This document shows positions 47,632 through 59,971 of a stretch of DNA of 64,000 bases, in pieces. The stretch is from Leucoraja erinacea. Its lineage: Eukaryota. The DNA is taken from assembly GCF_028641065.1 (NCBI RefSeq), contig NC_073387.1, positions 21,700,001 to 21,764,000 of the forward strand, written 5' to 3'. The translations under genes and the position numbers were made by a program. How positions within the stretch are numbered: the first letter of the stretch is position 1; each line of letters opens with the position of its first letter. Under the pieces are notes generated by a model. The model was not told the origin of the DNA. It worked only from the letters and a program-made list of their open reading frames with translations, and ran no database searches.

Positions 47632-49150
47632 ATTCTATCTAATATCATTATGAGGGACAAGAGTTTTAAATTAGATTTAAAATGAACTGATTTACGAAGA
47701 TAGTGATTGAGAGTGATGAAGCACATGGCCCAAATAATTAATGGAATCAGGCGGCATTCAGACAATCACAGGCAGTCACAGAGGAGAACTATGTAGTCAT
47801 AGTGAGCAAATAGGATGGGTGTTTAAGGACGTAAATGTGGTCGATTTGTTGCACACAAGGGCCAAGTTTTATGATATGCATAGCTAAGATACTATAATTA
47901 ACTATGTTACTATAATTAAAATGTAAATAGAGAGCAACCTCTCAGAAGTGCCTAGTTAAAATGTTCATTTCTTACACCGCCGCTATAAGAAATGCACAAA
48001 GCCCCTTAGTGAGATATCCAGAGATCAGCAATAGATTCTGAATTTTCTCTAGGCAGAAATAAGTCTACAATAATATCCATTGCCCTATACAATGAACAAG
48101 GAAGTAACGCCGTCCAGTGAGAGGAGCTAAATAGATGAAAAAAGAAGTTCACTATCATATTATTTTTGTCATATTTTATATATTTTAAGCAGTGATTAAC
48201 AGATTCTTAATTAGTACAGTTGTAAATTCTTATGGGGAGAAGGCGAGAGAATAGGGTTGAGTGCGAAAGATAGATCATCCATGATTGAATGCGGAGTAGA
48301 CTTGATATGCCGAATGGCTTAATTCTGCGCCTACAATATATGAACTTATTAACTAGCGTCACAGGGTCACAAAGCGTGAAACTGACTATTCGACCGTTCG
48401 TGGCTGCGCCGGCAAACATGCACCTATCTACTTTAAGCGCAGTTTCGTACACGCATCACCAACAACCCCAACGATAAACTTAGCAGCATTTAAACATGAA
48501 ACAACTTATAATAGCCTACCAACCACTAAGTCATTAACGTGTGAATGGAAACCAGGGCCCACGAGGTTGCAGGAAGAACGTGAGTATTCTGCAGAGACAG
48601 AACAGATGGAGAATTCAATCATGGATTGAAATCGGGTATCTAAAGTTGTGATGAGACATTGATAACTACTGCGCAACTTTACCGCCGGAAATATACTTAT
48701 GTCTAAAATGCTGCGAGCCAGATCTTGTCAGATTCCACACAACCTCAGTATACCAAACCTTGCAATGATAGGGAGACGACATTAATGTCAATCACTTAAT
48801 CGCAACCAATATGGAAATAAAAGATTAACAATTGTTGCAAAGTTACTGCTAAAAACTAAGAGTTGGATATGAGTGCATCACTCCGCTTCATTTAATTGGA
48901 TGATTATTGATTTTTTTGTTGATCAACAGTTGCATATTTAAACATTTCAAGATACCTTTTGCCAACTTTAGCAAACATAATTGCTTTTTTTTTAAAATTT
49001 AAGAAGGCTCAGGTTTATGCGTTACTTAATCCAAACACCGAAACTGCATCCGCCAACATATCTATATATCCTAACAGTGAACATTATTGTGTGTTCCATG
49101 GAATTTACAATGCGAATACACATAAAATATAATGAAACTGACTTTGAGAA

Positions 49151-51538
49151 TTATTTTCTCGAATCACAAACATTGAAATCATCCAGAGGCAAGGTGGGAT
49201 GGAGCGTTTTTAAAAATAAGAAATCACTTCTGGATGAATCAGGGGACAGCGCAACTGTATAATTGTACGATTCCCGAACGGGCAGTGTCTGCCCAGCAGC
49301 ATAACTTAATACTGGTTTAGGAACAGCTCTGCGATGAAAGTCGGCAGCTGAATTCTCACCGGTGTAACAACAGATTCTGGAACCATATCCATACACATTG
49401 CTATCTTGCCTACACTTCAGAATAACGAGCAAGACTATTATCAATAGAAATATACAAGATGTTGATCCCAAACCTATGATTAACATAACATTTAATTCTG
49501 AAAAATAAACTGGATCGATTGGCTTATTTGTTAGTTCAGAGAAGCTTTCCGTAGCGTTGGGCAGGAATGCAAGCAGAATTGTGGCTGTACTTGATAGACT
49601 GGGTTGCCCGTTGTCCTTCACCAGAATTACAAGTCTATGTTGAAGTTTATCTTGATCCTTAAATTTCCGAGAGATTCTGATTTCTCCAGAGGGAAATCCC
49701 ACACTGAACAATGTGCGATCTGTCGCTTCCAAAAGTTTGTAGGAAAGGCGTGCATTCTGTCCAGAATCTGCATCAGTTGCAACTACCTTGTGTACTAAGA
49801 GTCCAGGATATGCTGACTGGGTTGCAATCTGTGTCACTTTCGAACTGTTCCATTTTGAAGGCGAAACAATAACCGGAGTATTGTCGTTTTGGTCCAAGAT
49901 TATGACATTCACTGTAGCAGTGTTGCTCAATGAAGGAGATCCAGCATCAGAAGCTTGAACTTGGAACTGGAAATTCTTCAGTTTTTCATAGTCAAAGGAG
50001 CGTAGTGCGTAAATACATCCAGTTTCTGAGTTAACGGTAATCGCACCAGGCAAAGAATCATCTACAGATAAACTCTCCAGAAGTGAATAAGCCACCTCGC
50101 TATTCTTGCCCAAATCACGATCCAAAGCTGTAACAGTAAATATAGATCCGCCTGGTGTGTTGTTCTCCATCAGAAACACACTGTACGGCGATTGTGTAAA
50201 CTTCGGCATATTATCATTTATATCTGATACTGAAATTAGCAATGTTTTGTTTGTGGAAAGAGATGGTAGCCCTGCGTCCCATGCCGCTATAGAAATATTA
50301 TACAACGGAGTACTTTCTCGGTCCAGTGCACCGTCAATGATCAACTTAAACTGGTTGTTCAAAGACTTCTGAAGTTTAAACGGGATATCGGTAGGAATTT
50401 GACAATGTACCTGCCCATTCTCGCCAGAATCACGATCCATAACATTTATTATAGCGACTACAGTCCCGATGGCATCATCTTCACGAACGTTGTTGGATAC
50501 CGAGGTCAGCCTTATTTCCGGAGCGTTATCATTAATGTCAGTTAATCCAATAATAATTGTGGCGCGTCTACCTAATGGCGGTACCCCTTTGTCAAATGCC
50601 TGCACCTCAAACTGGTAAATATTTTTTCCTTCATAGTCCAGTGGACCCTTCACACAAATCTGTCCAGTTTTGGAGTCTAAAGTGAACAACTCTCGGATAT
50701 TTTGAGAAACATGGTTACTGAATGAGTATTTTACTTCACCATTCGCGCCTTCGTCCAAATCGGCGGCATGTACCGTGCTTACCATGGTACCTGAATTCGC
50801 ATTCTCTACAACATTAGCCCTATATATGTGATGGTCAAATACTGGCGCATTATCATTGGCATCCAGGACTGTGATTACAATTTCCGCTGTGCCAGATCTC
50901 GGAGGAATTCCACCGTCAATGGCCGTCAATATTAAATGCAACGTCGACTGCTTCTCACGGTCTAAGGGTTTTTCTAGCAACAACTCTGTAATTTTATCGT
51001 CTGCTTTCTGTTGCTTCAGACCGAAGTGCTTGTTTGAGCTGATTTTGTATGAGGCGACTGCATTTGTTCCCATATCTGCATCGTACGCTCGCTCAAGAGC
51101 AAAGAGAGTGCCTATTGAGGTTATTTCAGAGATATATAAATGGTACTTATCCTCCGTGAATCTCGGCGCGTTATCATTTATGTCCAATATCTCCACGTTA
51201 ACGCGATGTACCTCCAATGGATTTTCTAAAGATGCATCATAAGAAACAGAACAAGTCCAACTTTCGCTGCAAAGAGTATCCCTGTCGATTCGCTCGTTCA
51301 CACCCAATATGCCGTTATGTGTGTTTACCTTCAATAACTGAATCGGGTCATCGGAGACTAGTCTGAAATTTCGTGCGGTCATTTCTCGAATGCTTAGGCC
51401 TAAATCCTCAGCGATATTCCCAACGACGGCACCGAGCTCCAGCTCCTCGGGAATGGAGTACCGAATTTGTCCGCAAACAAGATGCAAGATGCACACAAGA
51501 TGAAGAAACGACAATCCGTGGCGGAGTTCTGTCGCCAT
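49151..51538 (-). CDS. Clustered protocadherin exon D (intact, ends in a stop codon)
   Basis: 795-aa ORF. QIRYSIPEE, CSESWTC, six cadherin repeats, TM, cytoplasmic ICCY and SSRSDFLFLK; upstream CSE. Confidence 0.95.
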   Translation of the reverse strand: MATELRHGLSFLHLVCILHLVCGQIRYSIPEELELGAVVGNIAEDLGLSIREMTARNFRLVSDDPIQLLKVNTHNGILGVNERIDRDTLCSESWTCSVSYDASLENPLEVHRVNVEILDINDNAPRFTEDKYHLYISEITSIGTLFALERAYDADMGTNAVASYKISSNKHFGLKQQKADDKITELLLEKPLDREKQSTLHLILTAIDGGIPPRSGTAEIVITVLDANDNAPVFDHHIYRANVVENANSGTMVSTVHAADLDEGANGEVKYSFSNHVSQNIRELFTLDSKTGQICVKGPLDYEGKNIYQFEVQAFDKGVPPLGRRATIIIGLTDINDNAPEIRLTSVSNNVREDDAIGTVVAIINVMDRDSGENGQVHCQIPTDIPFKLQKSLNNQFKLIIDGALDRESTPLYNISIAAWDAGLPSLSTNKTLLISVSDINDNMPKFTQSPYSVFLMENNTPGGSIFTVTALDRDLGKNSEVAYSLLESLSVDDSLPGAITVNSETGCIYALRSFDYEKLKNFQFQVQASDAGSPSLSNTATVNVIILDQNDNTPVIVSPSKWNSSKVTQIATQSAYPGLLVHKVVATDADSGQNARLSYKLLEATDRTLFSVGFPSGEIRISRKFKDQDKLQHRLVILVKDNGQPSLSSTATILLAFLPNATESFSELTNKPIDPVYFSELNVMLIIGLGSTSCIFLLIIVLLVILKCRQDSNVYGYGSRICCYTGENSAADFHRRAVPKPVLSYAAGQTLPVRESYNYTVALSPDSSRSDFLFLKTLHPTLPLDDFNVCDSRK

Positions 51539-51799
51539 TGTTCTGCGTTAGATTAAATAAATTATCCCAGAATTTTCACGAGCCGTTCGCTGAAATCTGG
51601 ATCTTAGTAGAAATAAGTACAAAATACTGGTCACAAAAATCTGGATATAACATTTAGATTCAATAAAACTCGCACCGAGATTTTCTTTGCAGCCTAGCGC
51701 GGCGATATCACCCGACAGCTTTTGCCTTCTCCTCGCTTCTCTTCCGAGTTCAGCAATGCTGGGGGAGGGGGAGGTAGATCTCTCTCTACGCCTGAGTGT

Positions 51800-51844
51800 C
51801 TTATTGGTAGACAGCGACACAAAGAGTCCTTACCCATTATTGCA
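51800..51844 (-). promoter_or_regulatory. Pcdh promoter CSE of exon D
   Basis: TGCAAT...CTCTTTGTGTCGCTGTCTACCAATAAG, about 275 bp upstream of the ATG. Confidence 0.85.
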
Positions 51845-52861
51845 CCAGCCATTTCTTAAAGCTGTACTGCATTCACATCACTGCGTTTAATGGCGCGCAA
51901 TTAAAATTCTTCCGAGTGCTGGATGTAACGCTGTTATACATTGTTGTTTACCTGAATATGTTTTACCGTTTGCAACTATTCGGCCGCAAGCAATGATAAG
52001 TTCATTCAAAATATTACCGTTTTTCGAGTTACCACATCAATGGCATTGCACTTTAAGTTAAATCACAATGTTAAACATTTCGTTTCATGGCCATTGAAAA
52101 TACCAATGCCGAATCAATTTCGAGATTCTCTGACTAGCATAACCCTTAACTGTTGCACTAACTTGTTATTTCACTAACAATGTTACTTTATCTCTTTTTT
52201 TCATATTTTGCCTACCTTGTTATTGGATATCCCTTAATGATCATTTGTCACCCGTTGTCACTTATTAACCATGCCTCTTTAATCGCTGCAATATCACAGC
52301 TATTTACATCTACTTGTTTGCTTATTTAATGCATCTCATTGTGAACACTCTTAACTTTCAGACACAAAGCGCCGCTATTTTTAAAATTCTTATATATTTT
52401 GCATTATGAACCTGTTTATTTCTTGCTAAAACTTAATTCTATTTTTCTTTTCTTTTTTTAAAATTCCCCAGCATTCATTTACAGTTTCTTCCATCTTCTT
52501 CGGTGTTTTGGCCAGATATTCTTCTCCCCGCCGTTCTCGTTTTGCTCTCCCTAGCATCGCTCCAAGGTGTTGCCATATGAGTAACTGTTTCGGCTTTGCC
52601 TGTCAGTATTGTGTCTACCCACCCGATTCGGTTAAAATTCAGCTGAACTTTACTTATTGCGCAAATTTGGACGATATAACTTATTTGCTTTTCCTACAAT
52701 AAATAAGCTAAGAAGTCCAGGATGGCTACCTCCTTCGTAAAGGTTCACTGTGATGTTTTTCCCTGTCGGATGAAAACTTATGTTTATAAAGCACAAAAGC
52801 CCTCACTGTTTTCTCAACATTCCATATTTAGTGCAAAGTTGTACGGATATCAAGTCTGTTT

Positions 52862-54256
52862 ACATAGAGTCAGAGAGTCATCGAGTGATACAGTGTGGAA
52901 ATAGACCCTTCGGCCCAACTTGCTCACAATGGCCAACATGTCTCAGCTACACTAGTCCCTCCTGCCTGCGCTTGGTCCACATCCCTCCAAACCTGTCATA
53001 TTCATGTACCTGTCTAAATCTTTCTTAAACGGTGGGATAGTCCCAACCTAAACTACCTCCTCTGGCAGCTGGTTCCATACACCCACCACCCTTGGTGTGA
53101 AAAGGTTACCCCTCAGATTCCTATTAAATCGTTTCCCCTTCACATTGAACCTATATCTCTGGTCCTCGATTCCCCTACACTGGGCAAGAGATTCTTAGCA
53201 TCTACCCGATCTTTTCCTCACATTATTTTATAAACCTCTATCAGATCACCCCTCATCCTCCTGCGCACCAAGGAATAGAGACCCAGCCTACTCAACCTCT
53301 CCCTATAGCTCACACCCTCCAGCCCTGGCAACATCCTCGTAAATCTTTTCTTAACCCTTTCAAGCTTGACAATATATTTCCTATAACATGGTGCCCAGAA
53401 GTGAACACAATATTCTAAATGCTGTCTCACCAACGTCTTATACAACTGCAACATGACCTCCCAACGACTATATTCAATACTCTGACTGATGAAAGCCAAT
53501 GTGTCAAAAGCCGTTTTGACCACCTTACCTACCTGCGACTCGGCCTTCAAGGAACCACGTACCTGCACTCCTGGATCTCTGCTCTACAACACTCCCCAGA
53601 AGCCGACCATTCACTGTAGATACTGCCCTTGTTAGACGTCCCGAAATGCAACTCTGCAATTCCCTCAACCATTCCTCAGCCCACCTGGTCAATCGATCCA
53701 GATCCTGTTGCAATCATTCAAAACCTTCTTCACTCTCTGCAAAACCACCCACTTCTGTATCATCAGCAAACTTGCAAATCTTGCCCTGTATGTTCTCATC
53801 CAAACCATTGATGCAGATGACAAACAGTAACGGGCCCAGCACCGGACCCTGAGGCACACCACTAGTCTCAGGCCTTCAATCAGAGAAGCAACCTTCCACC
53901 ATCACCCTTCCATGAAGCCAAATTGCTATCTGTTCAGCTATGTCTCCTTGGATCCCATGCGACCTAGCCTTCCAGAGTGGAATCCCATGCTGGACATTGT
54001 CGAATGCCTTACTGAAATCCATGTATACAACATCCACATCGCCTTTCTTGGTCAAGTCTTCAAAAAACTCAATCAAATGTGTGAGACATGACCTCCCACG
54101 TACAAAACCATACTGATTATTCCTAATCAGCCCTTGCCCATCCAAATGCCCGAATAACATGTTCCTTAGAATTCTCTCTAGTGACTGTACAACTACAGAT
54201 GTTTGGCTGACCGGCCTATAGTTCCCGGCATTTTCCCTGCAGTCCTTCTTGAAATG
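52862..54256 (-). mobile_element. 5'-truncated CR1-type LINE
   Basis: QYGFVRGRSCLTHL, DFSKAFD, HLEYCVHFWAP and RRMRGDLIEVYKI; (GACTCT)-like tail. Confidence 0.9.
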
Positions 54257-56144
54257 AGGTCACCCTTCTTCCCACAAGAGATCCAATGGTCCAGCTATCG
54301 CACCAATGCTCCCACTTTTCAGTCAACATTGCTTTTGTATCCGTTCCTTGCCATTCACATTGAGGCACTTTCCCAAACCGAACATAACTATCCTGTATCT
54401 CCAAGCTCCAATTTTCAGAAAATACCGTCTTCTTATGTTTCAATCACTCCTCCCAAACAAAAGTCAAATTCAGAAGAATAAATTCCTTAAATTCGAATCA
54501 GAGAACGCAGAAATACTGAGGTATGTATGGATTTAATTCGACATGTGAATTGCTTCCCTGCAGAGCAAAACCGTTATTTCTATCTTATGCACTTCCCCAC
54601 AATCATCCCCATTATTTTCAAACAAGAGCTCCAAAGGTGACGCACAATGCCCCACTTTTAGTGAAGTCAGCATGTAACCGTTCATTGGGTAAATTGTTTT
54701 CCCAACATTACCCTACCTTTAAATATTTTCCCATACATGGAATCTGCTATTATATTTCGTGAAGTATCTCCAATTTGATTGTCATCTCTATAAACCGGCT
54801 ATTAAATCATACTCAATCCTTTTATCGAATAGAGGAAGATATCATTTAATCTGTTGTAAACTTGACAATTAAATATATAATCGCTGGGGCCCTTCTAGTA
54901 TATGCATTCTACACCATACGTAGATCTTTTACATTCTTCCTTAAATGTCGTGCATCAGACAAGAATGCTATACCAAACGTTAAATGTGAGTGAATTATAA
55001 ATATTTAAAATAACAACTTTCCACTTGAACCTACCTACCAATCAATGTATCTCAGCATTCGGAACAGGGTATAAACTAATCTCCGAACGTTTTATGACAC
55101 TAACAATGTGCATGCATATATGCAGGCCTTCATTCCCCTCCATTTTACATTTCTAAAATAATCTTAAATAATAAATAACTGAGAAACATAAATGTATTAA
55201 AACACACTTATTTTGGTGACACAAGTTGAAATGTTGCTCAGCCAGAAGTAATTAATATGTGTATGCCTTAGATATCTGCTGAGTTACTCATCATGCTGGG
55301 ACCATCTTCAGCCAATGCGATTTAATCCATGCGGTATGGAGAAGAAGGCAGGATATTGCAAAAGGCGTGGAACCAAGCACCATCATTGAAATAGTATGGA
55401 AGATGTAGCATATACATCTTACTTAGGAGCAAACTGTATATTTCGCCACACTCTTCCCTTTGTAGCTGTAATATTGTGGTCTGTTCAATATTGTGGACAA
55501 TTGCCAAGATATTTCGAGATCACATCAATCTGGGAAAATCCGATCTGGATAATTACCACTCAATGAGCTCACTCTCAATCATCACCAAACTGATGGAAAA
55601 ATGTAATTGACATCACCGTAAAAAAACATTTACTCAACATTACCCTGATCACCGATAACCAGCATGTTTCAAGACAACTAGACTGCATTCCTGATCAGGA
55701 CTTGTTCCCCAAACTGGAATTCTAGAGAAGATGTTGAACTAACGGCTCTTGACATCAAAGCATTACTGTACTGCGTGTAGTAAGTATAAAGAGCCTCCGG
55801 TAAACTGAAGTCAAGAGAATCAAGGGGAAATATTTCAATCGTTGGAGCCAACCCGTGCGTAAAGTAATGCGACAATGCTTGTATGAAAGATTAATCATCA
55901 AAGTCGACACATCACCTAAACCACATCACCAGACTGTGTACATGGCCGGCTGCTTGACAGACAACCTTCCTTCCATTATAAAATGAAAGGTAGGTTTACC
56001 TGGTCAGTGCACCATTGTCAATTCGAGGCAATATCCCTCAATAAATGGAACAGTGTGTGCTAGCATGCCCGCAATTCCAAAATTAATTTCAAATATGGGT
56101 GGCAGAGAACTAAGCAACACTGTATTAAAACGCATTAAAAATGT

Positions 56145-56245
56145 CAGATGAACACAAAGTGCTGGAGTGAATCAGCGGGTCAGGTAGCATCTCTGGGGAA
56201 AAAGCAAATGTGCAAAATTCGGGTCACGACATTCCTTCAGACTGA
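56145..56245 (-). repeat. Penelope-derived terminal-repeat fragment
   Basis: ACACAAAGTGCTGGAGTGAATCAGCGGGTCAGGTAGCATCTCT...CTTCAGAC on the plus strand. Confidence 0.65.
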
Positions 56246-56869
56246 AAGTAGGGAGTGGGGGAGGGTGGGTGGGAGGGGGAGGGTGGGTGGGGGGGGAATG
56301 GGGTGAATGAAGAACTGGAGGCAAGAAATGTGCAGGACCAATCTAGGCCAGGAACAAATTACCTCAGGCAGGGTTGAGCCCTGGTAGACCTATTGTTGGC
56401 TCTTAAAAAAAAAATACAAATACTTATATTTAAAAAAAATAGATAAACAAACAAATTAACACAATCAAAGACTGCCTCGATCCCTGACACACTCCATTTC
56501 CCTCATTGGTTAGGATTATTAAATTTATTATTTTATATTACAATGCTGTCTTCAATGTAGATTCACCCCTTTGTTATTGTTGAAAAACAATTTGAAAGTG
56601 TTCTCGAGTGATGCTTGTCAAAACGACGATTTAAATGTTTGCATTTCCTTACCTATTCATACTCTGCATTCATTTGCTATGTTGGTTAAGGCATCCATAA
56701 TCATCAGGACATTAAATAAAATATTTGCATTACCTACACTAAATGCCACAGTGGAATTCATGTATTCATCCATTTGCATGTCAAATTTATGTGTGCAAAG
56801 TCCGACCAGATGAAAGTGCACTCTTTAAAAACGGACATTAATTAGCTTAAAACTACAAATCTGAAGCAC

Positions 56870-57006
56870 TGACATCAGTCGGAAGAAGAGTCTCGACCCG
56901 AAACGTCACCCATTCATTCTCTGCAGAAATGATGCCTGTCCGCTGAGTTGCTCCAGCATTTTGCGTCTACCTTCCATTTAAACCAGCATCAGCAGTTCTT
57001 TCCTAC
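56870..57006 (+). repeat. Penelope-derived terminal-repeat fragment
   Basis: CAGTCGGAAGAAGAGTCTCGACCCGAAACGTCACC...GCTGAGTTGCTCCAGCATTTTG. Confidence 0.72.
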
Positions 57007-57280
57007 TACAAACTCTCTTATTTATGGTTGTTCGTGGTGTTTTCAAACTATAAACAAACTTCAACAAAGCGTTGATTAGAACGACAAATCACGTATTTAT
57101 GGAACAAAACCTTTTTTCTACTGAGGCTAATGGGTAAACCGAAGTACAACAAAGATTCATCATTGTCATTATGTTATATAGAAAGTATTTCTGTCATATT
57201 ATTTGAATCGGTGAAGCTTGGTTAGAATCGCAGGATACATACATTTCCTATCACACTCGCAATACAAACCATGATGTATG

Positions 57281-59678
57281 TCATTCTCTTCCGATGGTAC
57301 TACGAGTATTCATGTAATTGGAATTCAAGGTAGGTTTTAGGAATAAGAAATCACATTTAGAAGATTCAGAAGACAGTCCAACTGCGTAGTGACAAGTTCC
57401 AGATAAGGGAAGAGTTGGAGCAGCTCCACTATAACGCAACCCTTCATGAAGAACCGCTCTCCGATTAAAGGCATCAGTCGAGTGCCACTTGCTGCAGGGA
57501 AAGCAGCATCTGGTCTCATCCACGTTGTTAGTCCTGTTTTGCTTGCATTTTAGTAGAAGCAGCAAAATTATGATTGCCAGGAAGATAACGGAAGTTGATC
57601 CAAAAATTATGATTAAATAAACATTCGGCCCGGAAAATTGACTAACATTCCTATGTTGGTGCAATTCTGAGGACATTTTTTCAGTAATATTCGCCAAAAC
57701 TGATACAATGATGGTGATTGTGCTGGAGAGGCGCGGCTGTCCGTTGTCCATGACGTGAATTACCATCCTTTGATTGGTGGCGTCTTCAATCTTCAAATTT
57801 CTCACAGTCTTAATTTCCCCAGAGTGTGGCCCAATATTGAATAGGCTTTTGTCGGTGGCCTCCAAAATTTGGAAGGAAAGGCGCATGTTCTGCCCTGAAT
57901 CCGCGTCACTTGCGATTATCTTAGTGACCAAGTATCCTGGATATAACGATTGACGAGCAATCTCCAATGAAGCTGTATTGTTCCACATTAAAGGTGAATC
58001 AATCACTGGTGCATTGTCATTTTGATCTAAAATAATAACATTTACAATGCCTGTGCTGCTCAGCTTGGGGAATCCAGCATCTTCAGCTTTAACTTTGATC
58101 CTGAATTGCTTTAGGTTTTCGTAGTCAAAAGGACGCACTGCGAAAACATTTCCACTCTTAGAGTTAATTGTAACAATATGCGTTGCTGAAACATCTTGTA
58201 TCCTGCTATCCACCATCGAATACGTTAACATGCCATTCAGATCCAAATCTGCATCTAATGCAGTAACAGCAAATATGGAAGCACCAGGTCTGTTATTCTC
58301 CATTATGAACACGTTGTATGTGGATTGGGTAAACCTCGGTGCATTATCATTTACGTCGGAAACGGTGATTAGTATATGCTTACTTGCTGAAAGGGGAGGA
58401 GAACCTCGGTCCCACGAGGAAATTGAAATGTTATAAACTGAGACCGTTTCTCGATCCAAAGCATCACTCGTCACCAAATTATAATTGTTGCTTGAAATCT
58501 TTTGAAGTTTAAATGGTAGGTTTTTATCAACACCGCACTGCACTTGCCCGTTTTCGCCAGAATCAGGATCACTTACGCTGATTTCGGCTAACATTGTTCC
58601 AATTTGCGCATCTTCAGGAACCGTATTGGATGAGGACACTACCTCTATCTCGGGTGCATTATCATTCATATCAATTAATCGAACCATAACCTTGGTATGC
58701 CCTACTAGTGCGTATGGGCCTTTATCCGTAGCTTCTACACCAAGTTCATAAATATGTGCCTTTTCAAAATCTAATACTTCTTCAACTCTGATCTCTCCAG
58801 TTACAGGATCTAAGTTGAACAATTCTCGAGTCGATGGTGACGTGTGGCTGGTGAAAGAATACACGAAATCACCATTTGTACCTTCGTCTAAATCAGCAGC
58901 ACTCACCTTCGTCACCTAACGTACCCTTGGGAGTGTTTTCTCGTATGTTAGCTCTGTATAATTCATGGTCAAATACAGGAGCATTATCATTCGCATCCAC
59001 AACAGTGATGATAATTTGAGCAGTACCAGTTCTCTGGGGAATCCCACCATCAATGGCCGTTAGTACAAGATAAAATGTGGGCTGTTCTTCACGGTCCAGC
59101 GATTTTTCCAATGATAATTCGGCGATTACGTCTCCATTACTTCTTTTCTGCAATTTGAGATCAAAGTATTCATTTGTACTAATCTGGTAAGTGCTGATAG
59201 TGTTTGTGCCCACATCCGGATCGTGCGCGCTCTCAAGTGGGAAGCGCGCTCCTGGTGCAAGTACTTCACTAATCCGTAAAGAAAATTCGCCTTTAGAAAA
59301 GCGAGGTGGATTGTCATTTACATCAATTATTTCCACGGCAACACTGTGCATTTCCGGAGGATTATCCAGCGATATTTTGTAGGCAAGGGAACAAAGAGAG
59401 TGTTCGCCACAAACCTGTTCCCTGTCAATTCGCTCACTGACAAATAAAATCCCATTTTCCAGGTTTAGAGACAGATATTTTTTCGTATCATCGGAAATCA
59501 GACGAAACCTTCTTGTCCACAATTCCGAAATCCCAATGTTTAAATCCTCGGCGATATTACCAACAAATGCCCCTTGCTCCAGCTCCTCTTGAATAGAGTA
59601 GCGAATTCGTCCCGCAACATGGCCCGACAGAATGAGCAGAGAGATAAAATGCACCGCGTCGCTGGCTGCAGTCGCCAT
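57281..59678 (-). pseudogene. Clustered protocadherin exon E, split by a +1 frameshift at 58915-58916 (pseudogene or sequencing error)
   Basis: ORFs 58893..59678 (signal peptide, EC1-2, start of EC3) and 57281..58915 (EC3-6, TM, tail) fuse as ...PKGTL-VTKVSAADLDEG if one G of TTAGGTG is removed; upstream CSE intact. Confidence 0.88.
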
Positions 59679-59925
59679 TGTTCTAGGATGAAATTTGTTT
59701 TATAATTAATAAAGATTGTACCAATCAGCAAGATTATTCTGTGCTCCGAGTCAAATAAGTCGAATGTTCAAATAAATCCCAATGCGGCGACACACTAAAG
59801 CGCAACCAGAGTGTTATTCAGAACATGTTCTCGATCTTAGACGTTTACACAGCCATGTCTCTCTTCGACTCTCCTGCGTCTCCCTGCCGAAAGGAAGGGG
59901 TAGATCACTCAAAGCGACTCGACGT

Positions 59926-59971
59926 CTTATTGGTAGACAGCGACACAAAGTGTTCCGCCCAAATAACTGCA
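59926..59971 (-). promoter_or_regulatory. Pcdh promoter CSE of exon E
   Basis: TGCAGT...CACTTTGTGTCGCTGTCTACCAATAAG, about 261 bp upstream of the ATG. Confidence 0.85.

Noticed and set aside
49136-49143. AAA|GTCAGT donor-like site after exon D
   Set aside because: Lies 8 nt past the stop codon, so it cannot join a constant region in frame; not shared by C or E.
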